Shown one piece after another: positions 29,038-38,149 of a stretch of 64,000 nt of DNA. The notes below the pieces were generated by a model. It was given only the letters and a program-made list of their open reading frames with translations, made no database searches and was not told the origin of the DNA. A program made the position numbers and the translations under genes. Position 1 is the first letter of the stretch. Every line of letters begins with the position of its first letter. The DNA is from Candidatus Microgenomates bacterium (GTDB taxonomy: Bacteria; Patescibacteriota; Microgenomatia; UBA8517; JACQJR01), in the NCBI GenBank assembly GCA_016204995.1, contig JACQJR010000001.1, positions 28,548-92,547 of the forward strand, in the 5' to 3' direction.

Positions 29038-29598
29038 TTATCGTCTAAAATCCTCTCTGTCTATAAAGTCTGGTAATGCGTTTTCGTTGATTTCTCTTGC
29101 AATCTCTCTAGTGGGTACTTTAGAAGGATCAAATAGTTGTATTTCAACGTCTACACCCATATTCGCTTTTAATTGTTGGATTAATTCTTGAGCAACTGTT
29201 TCTAATTCTGGATTTTTATCTCTTATCAATAATTTCCTAACTTTATTCCAATCTAAATTCCCTTTATAAAAAAACTGATGAGGATCAGTTATATGTGGTA
29301 AGATATTATCTTCGTCTAACCCTTCAATTTGCAAAATAATTGGATGAATAGGTTTTTTAACCTCTAAAATCTTTCCGGAAGGAAAAGGTAAAGTTCCAAT
29401 AATTTCATCAGATTTTTCTAATCCATAGTGTGCATCTAAAATTAGTCCTAATTCATCACTCATCCAAATACCTCTTAAATTACCAGTAGAATCATGATGT
29501 AATTTTGAATAGCCAGTTAGTTGATCTCTAGTAACCGCTTCTTTTAATCGAGCTTGGGATATTGAATGATAGAAAATATTTGGAAAAGATTTAGACAT
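29038..29598 (-). CDS. Hypothetical protein (186 aa, soluble)
   Basis: The ORF is 186 aa with compact coding. No recognisable motif was found. It is flanked by repeat element A (3' side) and a GC-rich structured intergenic block (5' side). Confidence 0.35.
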   Translation of the reverse strand: MSKSFPNIFYHSISQARLKEAVTRDQLTGYSKLHHDSTGNLRGIWMSDELGLILDAHYGLEKSDEIIGTLPFPSGKILEVKKPIHPIILQIEGLDEDNILPHITDPHQFFYKGNLDWNKVRKLLIRDKNPELETVAQELIQQLKANMGVDVEIQLFDPSKVPTREIAREINENALPDFIDREDFRR

Positions 29599-29915
29599 AT
29601 CTTGATTATACTATTTTTCTTCCTCTAATTCTTTATAAATATTCATAAACTGATTAAAGTGAGTTAGAAAGTTAAATAGAATTAGTTCAAAATAATTTGC
29701 ATCCGGTGCTCCAGCAGACGGTTCAATCGTGCACCTCGCGACTTGCGAAACACCTTGAGCAATAAAGCGAGGTAAACGATATCGGTTTCCTAAACCGTTA
29801 TTCTGGTATCCCGCTCAAGTGAATTGAAATCTTACGCTTACACCTTCGGGGTGTCTTCCGATTACACCTAGGGTTTCACAGACTACAGATAGACAAACTT
29901 GCTATAATGAGCTAG

Positions 29916-30380
29916 ATGACTAAGAAACTTCTGGTTGTCCTATTAGGAATTTTTATTTATTTTTCCCTTTCATTTTTTACTTGGTTGTTTATCCCCTCTC
30001 CGTCTTGGTGGTTAACTACGGCTGTAGTAGGCATAATCACTTTTTTTATCCTCTTTAAATTCACCAAAATCTCACTTATATCAAGGACTGTCACCGCAAC
30101 TTATGGACTTATGGCAGTTTTTCTGGGTTTTATTACCGCTTTTATCTATTCTGACATTGCTCATGATTATGCTATGTGGAAGGTTTGCATTCCAGCTATA
30201 CAGGAAAAGTATAATTTAAGCCCTAATGGTGACAATCAAGGAAAAGATCCACAAAACCAAAAAGGAGAATTCAGATCATGGTATCAGCATCTTGAATGCG
30301 AGAATAAAATTATGCCTATTCCATGGGGAAAGCACGCCCAATTTTCTGAAAATCCCCCCGGTTGGGTAAGTCAAAAATAG
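29916..30380 (+). CDS. Hypothetical integral membrane protein (154 aa, 3 TM helices)
   Basis: The N-terminal half has three hydrophobic helices. It is preceded by a TATAAT box. Confidence 0.35.
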   Translation: MTKKLLVVLLGIFIYFSLSFFTWLFIPSPSWWLTTAVVGIITFFILFKFTKISLISRTVTATYGLMAVFLGFITAFIYSDIAHDYAMWKVCIPAIQEKYNLSPNGDNQGKDPQNQKGEFRSWYQHLECENKIMPIPWGKHAQFSENPPGWVSQK

Positions 30381-30397
30381 GACAAGTTGTAGCCTGA

Positions 30398-30500
30398 CAC
30401 CTTTCAGGTGACCTAGGTAAATCACCTCTAAGGTGTAGGTAAATCACCTCTAAGGTGTAGGTAAATCACCTCTAAGGTGGATTACTATTGACACCTCTTA
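30398..30500. repeat. Tandem array of three perfect 22-bp units (TAGGTAAATCACCTCTAAGGTG) with degenerate copies on both sides. Each unit contains the palindrome CACCTctaAGGTG.
   Basis: Read directly in the sequence: perfect units at 30414-30435, 30436-30457 and 30458-30479, with partial units at 30398-30413 and 30486-30498. Confidence 0.9.
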
Positions 30501-31667
30501 AACCCTAAATCCCAAAACTTCATATAATTTTTTTAATTCTCGGCTAGAATTAGTTTTGGCAATCTGGAGTAACAATCCTAAAACTTGAGGAGTATTAAGA
30601 TTATCATCCATAAACGAAGTAAATTCATGTAATCTGGAAGCAGATTGCGCTGATATATCATTTTTGGCAATAACAGATTCTACTATTCCCACATCTTTTT
30701 GGGCTTCTTTTAAATCCCCATCTTTAAATTCCCAATCTTTTTGCCAGTTATGAGATAGAAGCAGCCAGCGAATAGAATTGGGGGAATATTTTTTTAATAA
30801 ATCAGAAATCATGACCAAATTTCCCTTAGATTTACTCATTTTGGCGCCCTCGTAAAAAACTGCTCCTGTATGCAACCAATATTTTACGAAGGGAATTTTG
30901 CCGGTCGCCCCTTCTGATTGAGCAATTTCTGCTTCATGATGAGGGAAAATTAAATCCTTACCACCACCATGAATATCTATTAATTCATCTAGAGAGGAAA
31001 TACTCATGGCCGAGCATTCAATATGCCAACCCGGCCGGCCCAGCCCCCAAGGACTAGTAAATTTGGGGATATAAGGCGGTTGATTTTGCCAAGCAGCTCT
31101 CCATAAAGTTATATCCAGAGGTTGTTTTTTGTCTTGATTATCTACGTCTTCTTCAAAATCACGGGCTATTTTTAACATCTGCTGGGCAGATAATTTAGAC
31201 AACTTACCGTAATCATCAACCCGTGAAATATCCGAATAAACACTGCCATTTATCTGGTAAGCCATTTTGTTATCCAAAAGTTTTTGTATTAAATTAATCA
31301 TGGCGGGAATTTGCTGTGAGGCATAGAGATAATTAGTGGGGGCTAGCCAATTAAGAGTTTGCATATCTGTTAAAAATTTCTCTGTCCAATACTGGGCCAA
31401 TTTATTCCAAGCAATATTTTGTTCTTTAGCTCTTTGTAAAATATCTTTATCGCGATCGTTAATATCAGTCACATTTTGTGTATAAGTCACTTTATATCCC
31501 TGAAATTTTAAATACCTAATAAGCGCATCAAAGAAAATGTAGGTAAAAGCGTGACCTAAATGAGTAGTATCGTAAGGAGTAATTCCGCAAACGTAGAGCG
31601 AAACCTGTTTGTCATTTAAGGGAATAAAATCTTCTTTACTTCCATTAAGCGAATTAAATAACTTCAT
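30498..31667 (-). CDS. cysS: Cysteinyl-tRNA synthetase (short form, 389 aa)
   Basis: Class I HIGH (ITPYDTTHLGHAF) and KMSKS (KMSKSKGN) motifs are present. The Cys/Zn-binding residue context is there, but the C-terminal region is shorter than typical CysRS. Confidence 0.85.
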   Translation of the reverse strand: MKLFNSLNGSKEDFIPLNDKQVSLYVCGITPYDTTHLGHAFTYIFFDALIRYLKFQGYKVTYTQNVTDINDRDKDILQRAKEQNIAWNKLAQYWTEKFLTDMQTLNWLAPTNYLYASQQIPAMINLIQKLLDNKMAYQINGSVYSDISRVDDYGKLSKLSAQQMLKIARDFEEDVDNQDKKQPLDITLWRAAWQNQPPYIPKFTSPWGLGRPGWHIECSAMSISSLDELIDIHGGGKDLIFPHHEAEIAQSEGATGKIPFVKYWLHTGAVFYEGAKMSKSKGNLVMISDLLKKYSPNSIRWLLLSHNWQKDWEFKDGDLKEAQKDVGIVESVIAKNDISAQSASRLHEFTSFMDDNLNTPQVLGLLLQIAKTNSSRELKKLYEVLGFRV

Positions 31668-31668
31668 T

Positions 31669-32358
31669 TCAAGCCGGGAGAGTTAATTTGACAAATCCCT
31701 CGGCATATTTATAACCCCTCTTTTTTCCTAAAATTCTATTCCATTTTTTGACTCTTTCCAAAGCCTGCTTACTGATTTGGGTAGTATGAGCTTCCAAGGC
31801 TTGTAGCTTAAGCTCTAAAGTATCAGAAATATCAATAATTTCTGTTGGGTGATCAAAATTAGTAAGATATAAAGTAGAGACTTTATATGGCGACAGAGCT
31901 TCTTTTTCCAACTCCTTAAAAGTCAAGCGATCGCGAGCCAGGGGAAACACAGCATCTAAAGCAGCAAGACCCGCTGCCCGATGATCAGTATGATTAATAA
32001 AACCCCTCTCTACAGAATAAACAAAAGTGGGGTCTAAAGTTACGACAATATCCGGCTTCACTTTACGAATTAGCCGCACAATTTCCTTTTTCAGAGTTAA
32101 ATCGGCTACTAATTGAGTATCTTTGTGATTAAGAAAAAAAACTTCCTTTATTCCCAAAATTTTGGCAGCTGTTCGCTGCTCTGCTTTTCTTAAAGCTATT
32201 AATTTTTGTTCGGTCATTTTAGGGTCATCAGAGCCCTTACAACCATCAGTACAAATTAAGTAATAGCAAGAAGCACCTTCTTTAACCCATTTGGCAAAGG
32301 TGCCAGAAGCAGAAAAATCTAAATCGTCCGGATGTGCTGCCACTCCCAATACCACCAT
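31669..32358 (-). CDS. PIG-L / LmbE-family N-acetylglucosaminyl deacetylase
   Basis: The VAAHPDDLDF motif (HPDDE-type) and the 229-aa size fit the LmbE/BshB-like family. Confidence 0.65.
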   Translation of the reverse strand: MVVLGVAAHPDDLDFSASGTFAKWVKEGASCYYLICTDGCKGSDDPKMTEQKLIALRKAEQRTAAKILGIKEVFFLNHKDTQLVADLTLKKEIVRLIRKVKPDIVVTLDPTFVYSVERGFINHTDHRAAGLAALDAVFPLARDRLTFKELEKEALSPYKVSTLYLTNFDHPTEIIDISDTLELKLQALEAHTTQISKQALERVKKWNRILGKKRGYKYAEGFVKLTLPA

Positions 32359-32409
32359 AACAGTAATAATTATACCAAATTATTGACATCTACTATATTT
32401 TGATATATT

Positions 32410-32856
32410 ATGCTGGAAAGCTGCTTCTGCTCCTCGCCCGATAGTATGCCGCATCCAGAAAGAAAACCTATATTGAATGTTCAAAGCATGATATTATGCC
32501 GTAATTATGATATAGATTTTGATACTCCTTTAAGAGAAGCCGAAATTAGAAAAAGGCTAAGAGAAAATGCTAGGCCTTTGTTGGAAATAAAAAGAGCAGC
32601 TATTATTGATGAATTAAAATTATACGAAAAGCAAATTGTTGATATAGTCAGTGGTAATTCTAAACTTCTTCCTAAGACAGAAGAAGATAAGGTAAAAAGA
32701 ATTGTGGGAGAATTAGAAATTGGCGCTCCCAGATTATCTTGGGCTGGTACTTCTCCTGAAAAACCGATGGAGGAAAGAAGAGAAGAATTTCTAAAGGAAG
32801 CTAAAACGATTAACGAACCTGGATTAAGAGTTATTACACCAAACTCCGCTGCTTAA
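32410..32856 (+). CDS. Hypothetical protein (148 aa)
   Basis: The ORF has coding-like composition. No motif was recognised. Confidence 0.3.
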   Translation: MLESCFCSSPDSMPHPERKPILNVQSMILCRNYDIDFDTPLREAEIRKRLRENARPLLEIKRAAIIDELKLYEKQIVDIVSGNSKLLPKTEEDKVKRIVGELEIGAPRLSWAGTSPEKPMEERREEFLKEAKTINEPGLRVITPNSAA

Positions 32857-33948
32857 TTATTTAATCACTTTGTAAATTACTCCTGACTTATCGTCTGATA
32901 TATATAAATCACCTGCTTTATCAAAGATTAAATCTACTGGTCTACCGCTAACTTGATCTCCTTGCAGAAAATCAGCCATAAAATCTTCCTGGCTAGTAAT
33001 TTTATTCTCTTCCACTTTAAGTTTGATTATTTTATAACCGACTGGCACTGAACTATTCCAAGAACCATGTAAAGCTACTAATAAATCCCCTTCTGGGGTG
33101 AAGGTTAACCCTAAAGGCGCACAATGTGCACAAATTTCATAAAGAGGCGCCTGGGTGTTTGTACAATCATTTTTGCCTAAACTGGCATCAAATTTGGTAT
33201 CGGGAATTCTGTTGCCATAGCAACGTGGCCAACCATAGTCGTGATTCTCCTCCAAAATATTGATCTCATCCGGCGGTAAATTATCACCTAAAAAGTCTCT
33301 ACCCATCTCTGTAGCCCAGATCTTGTCAGTTTGTGGGTTAAGAGTGATAAAAACTGAATTGCGCAATCCGCGGCTAAAAAGACGAGGATTGTTGCCTTCG
33401 CTATCCGAAACAATGACACTAGCCAGCCACGGATGTTTTTCCTCACATACATCGCATGAAGAACCTATGGAAACAAACATTTCACCTTTTTTGTTAAAAG
33501 CAATCGTTCTGGTAAAATGTCTACCGCCTTTGGGCAAACTAAATAGTACTTTATCTTGCTTTGCTGCCAATTTTTCTTCATCCCAGAAATAGCGGACAAC
33601 CATTTCCTCTTCTGCCACGAATAATTTATTCTTATAAAAGGCCAAACCATGTGGTCGGTCCAAATTTGACAGAATGACCTTATTTTGGTCAGCCTGATTA
33701 TCACTATTTTTATCTGGCAAAGCTAATACGTGGCCGAAGGCGGGAACTGACACTAGCAGGGTTCCGCCCGGTGAGAATTCTAAATCCCGAGCATTACCCA
33801 AATTTCGGGCAAAAATGGCTCTTTGAGAGTTATTATTTGAAGATGGAGGCAATATTGCCGGCCTGACATCTCCGAGCCAATTTTTAATACCAAAAAGTAG
33901 TCCGCCTAAGATAATCACCAGCAATAAAAGTCTGAAAATTTTACTCAT
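32857..33948 (-). CDS. Secreted beta-propeller protein resembling soluble PQQ-dependent aldose/sorbosone dehydrogenase (YliI-like)
   Basis: There is an N-terminal signal/TM segment. The RPHGLAF motif and DGxLY-type propeller repeats (GDLYISDDKSGVIYKV) are present. Confidence 0.45.
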   Translation of the reverse strand: MSKIFRLLLLVIILGGLLFGIKNWLGDVRPAILPPSSNNNSQRAIFARNLGNARDLEFSPGGTLLVSVPAFGHVLALPDKNSDNQADQNKVILSNLDRPHGLAFYKNKLFVAEEEMVVRYFWDEEKLAAKQDKVLFSLPKGGRHFTRTIAFNKKGEMFVSIGSSCDVCEEKHPWLASVIVSDSEGNNPRLFSRGLRNSVFITLNPQTDKIWATEMGRDFLGDNLPPDEINILEENHDYGWPRCYGNRIPDTKFDASLGKNDCTNTQAPLYEICAHCAPLGLTFTPEGDLLVALHGSWNSSVPVGYKIIKLKVEENKITSQEDFMADFLQGDQVSGRPVDLIFDKAGDLYISDDKSGVIYKVIK

Positions 33949-33995
33949 AATCTAATTGTACTACTGATGTGGTTGGCGACGCTTTATCTGGTAAT

Positions 33996-34592
33996 TTACA
34001 AAGTATTAAGAAGATAATTATCTTTAGGTATTGGATCGTGCTGTTGATGTTCTGGCACTAAACGAGCGTTCTTCATATTAATAATCAGAATCGCTGGTTG
34101 GTCTTCTGTTCTTACTTGATGTCTTTCTCCTGGTCGCACAATATGTGAGCTTTTTGCTTTGAAGGACCTATCTTCTATATCAAGAGTACCATATTCAATA
34201 AAATAACGTTCATTAATTGGCTCGCGATGAGTATGGTTTGAGGTTTTAGACCATGGTGGTAAAATTGATACCAGAATCCGATCATTACCCTTATAAGTAT
34301 CTATAAAATATAGAGCTTCTGATCCAGTATGTGGTTTAGGGGGGCAGTGGAAATCTAAACCCTCAAAATTAAGTATAACTAAACCATTTTTTAGATAAGG
34401 TAAATTTAATTGGTCCAGGTTGAATACCGTATAGTATTGACAATCACGAAAGTTAACATTATATAAGCGGAAAGTTTCTACTACATAGATCGCGGGATGG
34501 GCTATTTCTATCTGTTCTGGCTGCGGCCTACGATCAATCTCACGAAGGACCATCAAATATAAATTATAATAAAGTTGCACCTTGACTGTCAA
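33996..34592 (-). CDS. Hypothetical cupin-like protein
   Basis: HTHREPINERYFIEYG...HIVRPGERHQV resembles a cupin metal-binding motif set (HxH...E...H). This call is weak. Confidence 0.3.
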   Translation of the reverse strand: MTVKVQLYYNLYLMVLREIDRRPQPEQIEIAHPAIYVVETFRLYNVNFRDCQYYTVFNLDQLNLPYLKNGLVILNFEGLDFHCPPKPHTGSEALYFIDTYKGNDRILVSILPPWSKTSNHTHREPINERYFIEYGTLDIEDRSFKAKSSHIVRPGERHQVRTEDQPAILIINMKNARLVPEHQQHDPIPKDNYLLNTL

Positions 34593-34608
34593 CCGCAGAT
34601 AGTATAAT

Positions 34609-35805
34609 TTGCTCTTTACTATGAAACTGAAAATTCTACTCTTGCCAAGTGCTTTGGCTTTAATAATAACTCTTTTTACCAGTTTAGTTTATGCCGCCAG
34701 TGATCCCTTAGGGGTTCATAACAATAAATTTGGCATCCATATTATTTCTCCCATTGAGGAGGAAGTAAAATCAGCGGCTAATCTCGTTAATTCTAGCGGC
34801 GGGGATTGGGGGTATGTGGCGGTGGTAATTCGCTCTGATGATATGGATAAAGCCAAATGGCAGCAATTTTTTGATCTTTTATCCCGTTATCACTTAATTC
34901 CACTAGTTCGCCTGGCTACTAAACCAGCAGGCAATTACTGGCAAAAACCGTCCTTAGATGATAGTAAAAAATGGGCTGATTTTTTAGATAACTTGAAATG
35001 GCCAACTCAAAATCGTTATGTCATTGTCTACAACGAACCAAATCATGGCCAAGAATGGGGTAATTCTGTTGATCCGACTGGTTATGCCCAAATTTTGGAT
35101 ACTACCATTGATGTCTTAAAAGCTAAATCGGTGGATTTTTTTGTCTTAAATGCCGGGTTTGACGCTTCTGCGCCCCATAACCCGCCTTATTTTTTTGATG
35201 AAAAATTGTTTTTAGACGAAATGGAAAAAGCCAAGCCGGGAATTTTGGCAAAATTAGACGGTTGGGTTTCTCATTCCTATCCTAATCCTGGTTTCCGTGG
35301 ACTACCACTTGACCGAGGCAGAGGTAGTATCACTACTTTTAAATGGGAGCAGAAGTTGCTTTTTGAAATGGGAGTAAAAAAGAAATTACCAGTTTTTATT
35401 ACCGAAACCGGTTGGGTTCATGCCGAAGGAGTCAGATACGATAAATCTCTGCCCAATTCTGAAACTATCGGCCAATATCTAAAAAAGGCTTATGAAACTG
35501 TCTGGATTGATCCGCAAATTGTGGTGGTGGCTCCTTTTTTACTGGATTATCAGGATGAGTTATTTGCCCATTTTTCTTTCAAAAAGTTGAACTATGGTCA
35601 AGTTTTGGCGGCCGAAACTGATGCATACTACCCTCAATATAAAATTATGGCCCAAATTCCTAAAATTGCAGGTCTGCCTATTATTCCCACACCATCGCCC
35701 TCACCTACCCCGCTTTCCCCTCAAAATATGACCGTCACCCCCTCTTCGTTTATTAGTGAAATTAAGCAGCTGGTTAATAAATGGCTTCAAATGCTGTTAA
35801 ACTGA
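34609..35805 (+). CDS. Secreted glycoside hydrolase, GH5-like (cellulase-family TIM barrel)
   Basis: There is a signal peptide. The VIVYNEPN motif (NEP acid/base) and the FITETGW motif (nucleophile Glu) are present. Confidence 0.5.
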   Translation: MLFTMKLKILLLPSALALIITLFTSLVYAASDPLGVHNNKFGIHIISPIEEEVKSAANLVNSSGGDWGYVAVVIRSDDMDKAKWQQFFDLLSRYHLIPLVRLATKPAGNYWQKPSLDDSKKWADFLDNLKWPTQNRYVIVYNEPNHGQEWGNSVDPTGYAQILDTTIDVLKAKSVDFFVLNAGFDASAPHNPPYFFDEKLFLDEMEKAKPGILAKLDGWVSHSYPNPGFRGLPLDRGRGSITTFKWEQKLLFEMGVKKKLPVFITETGWVHAEGVRYDKSLPNSETIGQYLKKAYETVWIDPQIVVVAPFLLDYQDELFAHFSFKKLNYGQVLAAETDAYYPQYKIMAQIPKIAGLPIIPTPSPSPTPLSPQNMTVTPSSFISEIKQLVNKWLQMLLN

Positions 35806-35823
35806 TATAATAAATGGTAACTT

Positions 35824-35895
35824 GCCGGGGTAACTCAGTGGTAGAGTAGCTCTTTCGTAAAGAGCAAGTCGTGGGTTCGAATCCCACCTCCGGCT
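35824..35895 (+). tRNA. tRNA-Thr (anticodon CGT)
   Basis: The acceptor stem is GCCGGGG/CTCCGGC, the anticodon stem-loop GCTCT-TTCGTAA-AGAGC, and the T-arm GTGGGTTCGAATCCCAC. It is followed by a T-run. Confidence 0.85.
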
Positions 35896-35906
35896 CTTTT
35901 TTTGAG

Positions 35907-36215
35907 ATGTATTATTTATATATTTTACGAAGCTTGAGAGATGGCAAATTATACATCGGAGCGACTAACAATTTAAGTAGGCGTATAAAACAACATAATG
36001 ATGGTTTCTCAAAATCAACCAGATACCGAAGGCCATTTATTTTAATTTATTCTGAACATTTTGCCTCCAAAAATGAAGCCATGAAAAGAGAGTGGTGCTT
36101 TAAAAATACTGGTGAAGGTAATAAACTAATGAGAAAATTAATTGAGGAGTGTGAAAGAAAGTTGTGGGCCCCGAAGGGGCGCCTTCGGCGTTCGACTCCA
36201 CCCGTCGGCTCATAA
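35907..36215 (+). CDS. GIY-YIG nuclease-domain protein (UPF0213-like)
   Basis: YYLYILRSLRDGKLYIGATNNLSRRIKQHNDG is a GIY-YIG signature. The track ORF starts inside tRNA-Thr, and the ATG at 35907 is the plausible start. The C-terminal tail runs through GC-rich mini-element B. Confidence 0.65.
   Translation: MYYLYILRSLRDGKLYIGATNNLSRRIKQHNDGFSKSTRYRRPFILIYSEHFASKNEAMKREWCFKNTGEGNKLMRKLIEECERKLWAPKGRLRRSTPPVGS
36166..36190 (+). repeat. GC-rich palindromic mini-element B (GGGCCCCGAAGGGGCGCCTTCGGCG)
   Basis: It matches the GGCCCCGAAGGGGCC hairpin consensus also seen at 50435-50457, 50535-50560 and, more weakly, 38153-38177. Confidence 0.7.
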
Positions 36216-36217
36216 AT

Positions 36218-36931
36218 ATGAGAAAATATTCCCGAATGGTATCCATTGAACAAAGGAGAAACCGAAGGAAAACTTTTTATTATCTTTTTCTCTCCGGCTC
36301 TCTTTTTCTAATTTTAATTTTTGTCGGTATCCCAGCTTTGGCCAAAGTAATTACTGTCGTATCTGACTTTAAGCAACAGCCTAGCACTATTCTCAATAAC
36401 GACAAAATTCCCCCTTCACCGCCTCGTTTCACCACTTCTGATACCGCGACTAATTCTGCCCGCCTCACCTTAATAGGCTCTGCTGAACCCTCGTCTCACG
36501 TCACAGTTTACCAAAATGGCAAAGCCCTGGAAGAAGAATTAACTGATATTGAGGGACAATTTTCCCAAAAAGTTGTTCTTTTTGAAGGAGAAAATATCTT
36601 TGTGGCGCGCGCGCGCGATGAAGCTGGAAACACTAGTCAAAATTCTTCTCAACTGACAATCCAACTGGATAAAGATTTACCAGAAATTACTATCACGAGT
36701 CCTACCCAAACTACTTTTGCCGGTGGCGATGAACAAACAGTCATTATCAGTGGTAACACCAATAAACAGGTTAATTTAACGATTAATAATCGTTTTATCA
36801 CACTTGATGTTGACAATAAATTTTCTTATGCTGTCAAACTGGTTAGTGGCGATAATCAATTTAAAATTGTGGCCACCGATGATGCCGGTAACAGCGCAGA
36901 ACTTGATTTAACTCTTAACTTTACTCCCTAA
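36218..36931 (+). CDS. Secreted/anchored protein with bacterial Ig-like repeats
   Basis: There is an N-terminal TM/signal segment (FYYLFLSGSLFLILIFVGIPALA). The rest is Thr/Ser-rich and beta-rich, with repeated Ig-like segments (NTSQNSSQLTIQLDKD..., NQFKIVATDDAGNSAELDLT). The track ORF starts earlier, inside element B, and the ATG at 36218 is preferred. Confidence 0.4.
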   Translation: MRKYSRMVSIEQRRNRRKTFYYLFLSGSLFLILIFVGIPALAKVITVVSDFKQQPSTILNNDKIPPSPPRFTTSDTATNSARLTLIGSAEPSSHVTVYQNGKALEEELTDIEGQFSQKVVLFEGENIFVARARDEAGNTSQNSSQLTIQLDKDLPEITITSPTQTTFAGGDEQTVIISGNTNKQVNLTINNRFITLDVDNKFSYAVKLVSGDNQFKIVATDDAGNSAELDLTLNFTP

Positions 36932-38149
36932 TGAATCCCTCCCCACTGCAAGCAGCGGGGTATCCCGCAAAAAGCGGGACAAGTTCTTTCGTGCGTTCAT
37001 CCCCGCAGCAGAGCTGCGAGGTATTCTCGCACAAAATAAAATTGCCATCCACCCTAAAACCCACGGGTAGAATAGGCTATTAGTAAACATAGAATGAAAA
37101 ATGACAGCGCTTAAACTGGCTAGTACCATAATTTCTCGCTTTCTCCCAAAAATTATCCAAATTCTTACAATGAGTGATAAAAATATCACTAAGCCAATTA
37201 CACCAGTAGTAACCAGGATAAAAAGAATACTATTGTCTACTCCGGCCGCCGCGTGAGATAAACTATCCTGGCGGACATACCGCAAAGTATCAAAGCCTAC
37301 TCCTAAAAGGGGAGAACTTTTGAAGATAGTTAAAGCTTCTTGCCAGTTTTGTAAACGTAATTCAATGCTGGTAGTCCGAGAAAGCCTTACTCCCTCGCCA
37401 GCCGGCCTTGGTAAAAATAAAATACCACTCAAAATTAATAAGAGTGATGTCGCCAAAAATACTGGTTTGCGCGTCATCCAACTTACCACACTCATACCGA
37501 TTAAAATTGCTCCATAGCCACTCCGCGAATATGTAAATAGTAAAGTGACAAAAAGAAAAAGCCAAATCAAAATATCTCTAGTCTTAACGCCAGGGGTTAA
37601 AATTAAAGCCAAAACTAAAATAATTGCTGTAAAATTGGGATCTAAAAATGTTCCCACAATTCTTTTATAATGTTCATCCCAGCCGAAAATAGTTAAAGGT
37701 CTTATATCTGATAAAAAAATATATTGCAGCCAGCCAAAAACAGCCAAGACCACCCCTAATAAAATTAGGCTATTTAATAAAGTTTTTCTGGTTGGTTTAT
37801 TTCTGGCTAAATTATAAACTGTCCCATAAAGCAAAATGTAACTAGCCAGGCGAATTAAATATAAAAAGCTGACGAATAATTCCCTCCATCCCAACCAAAA
37901 ACTAGCAGCTGAAAGTGATAATAAAGCGGCTAGTAAAAATCCTAATATATTACCAGCCAGCGGCGGCCACTTAAATTTTCCTTGCCAGATGCCAATTAAA
38001 TAAATTACACTTATCAACACAACCACTAAATCAGTTAAATAAATAGAAACTTCCGGTGAATCAAAAAAAGTAATGGGTAATCGTGCTAATTGTCCGAAAG
38101 GAAAAAGCGCTAAATAGCCAAGAAGTAACCAATTTAAAAGACGAGTCAT
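36908..38149 (-). CDS. O-antigen ligase / Wzy-family polysaccharide polymerase-like membrane protein
   Basis: The protein has about 10 TM helices and a Wzy_C-like loop (TYSRSGYGAIL...GVGFDT). The track ORF extends to 38185 through element B, and the Met at 38149 is the plausible start. Confidence 0.55.
   Translation of the reverse strand: MTRLLNWLLLGYLALFPFGQLARLPITFFDSPEVSIYLTDLVVVLISVIYLIGIWQGKFKWPPLAGNILGFLLAALLSLSAASFWLGWRELFVSFLYLIRLASYILLYGTVYNLARNKPTRKTLLNSLILLGVVLAVFGWLQYIFLSDIRPLTIFGWDEHYKRIVGTFLDPNFTAIILVLALILTPGVKTRDILIWLFLFVTLLFTYSRSGYGAILIGMSVVSWMTRKPVFLATSLLLILSGILFLPRPAGEGVRLSRTTSIELRLQNWQEALTIFKSSPLLGVGFDTLRYVRQDSLSHAAAGVDNSILFILVTTGVIGLVIFLSLIVRIWIIFGRKREIMVLASLSAVIFHSMFTNSLFYPWVLGWMAILFCARIPRSSAAGMNARKNLSRFLRDTPLLAVGRDSLGSKVKS

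Noticed and set aside
29700-29760. Resemblance of the reverse complement (GCGAGGTGCACGA...) to the guanidine-III (ykkC-III) riboswitch core
   Set aside because: Only an 8-nt core match was seen. The pseudoknot partners are absent, and the downstream gene on that strand is not an SMR/SugE-type transporter.
30414-30479. The 22-bp tandem repeats as a CRISPR array
   Set aside because: The units are directly adjacent with no spacers, there are only 3 copies, and no cas genes are nearby. This is a tandem repeat, not CRISPR.
35871-35906. 5' extension of the GIY-YIG ORF given in the track
   Set aside because: It overlaps the 3' half of tRNA-Thr. The in-frame ATG at 35907 just after the tRNA is the plausible start.
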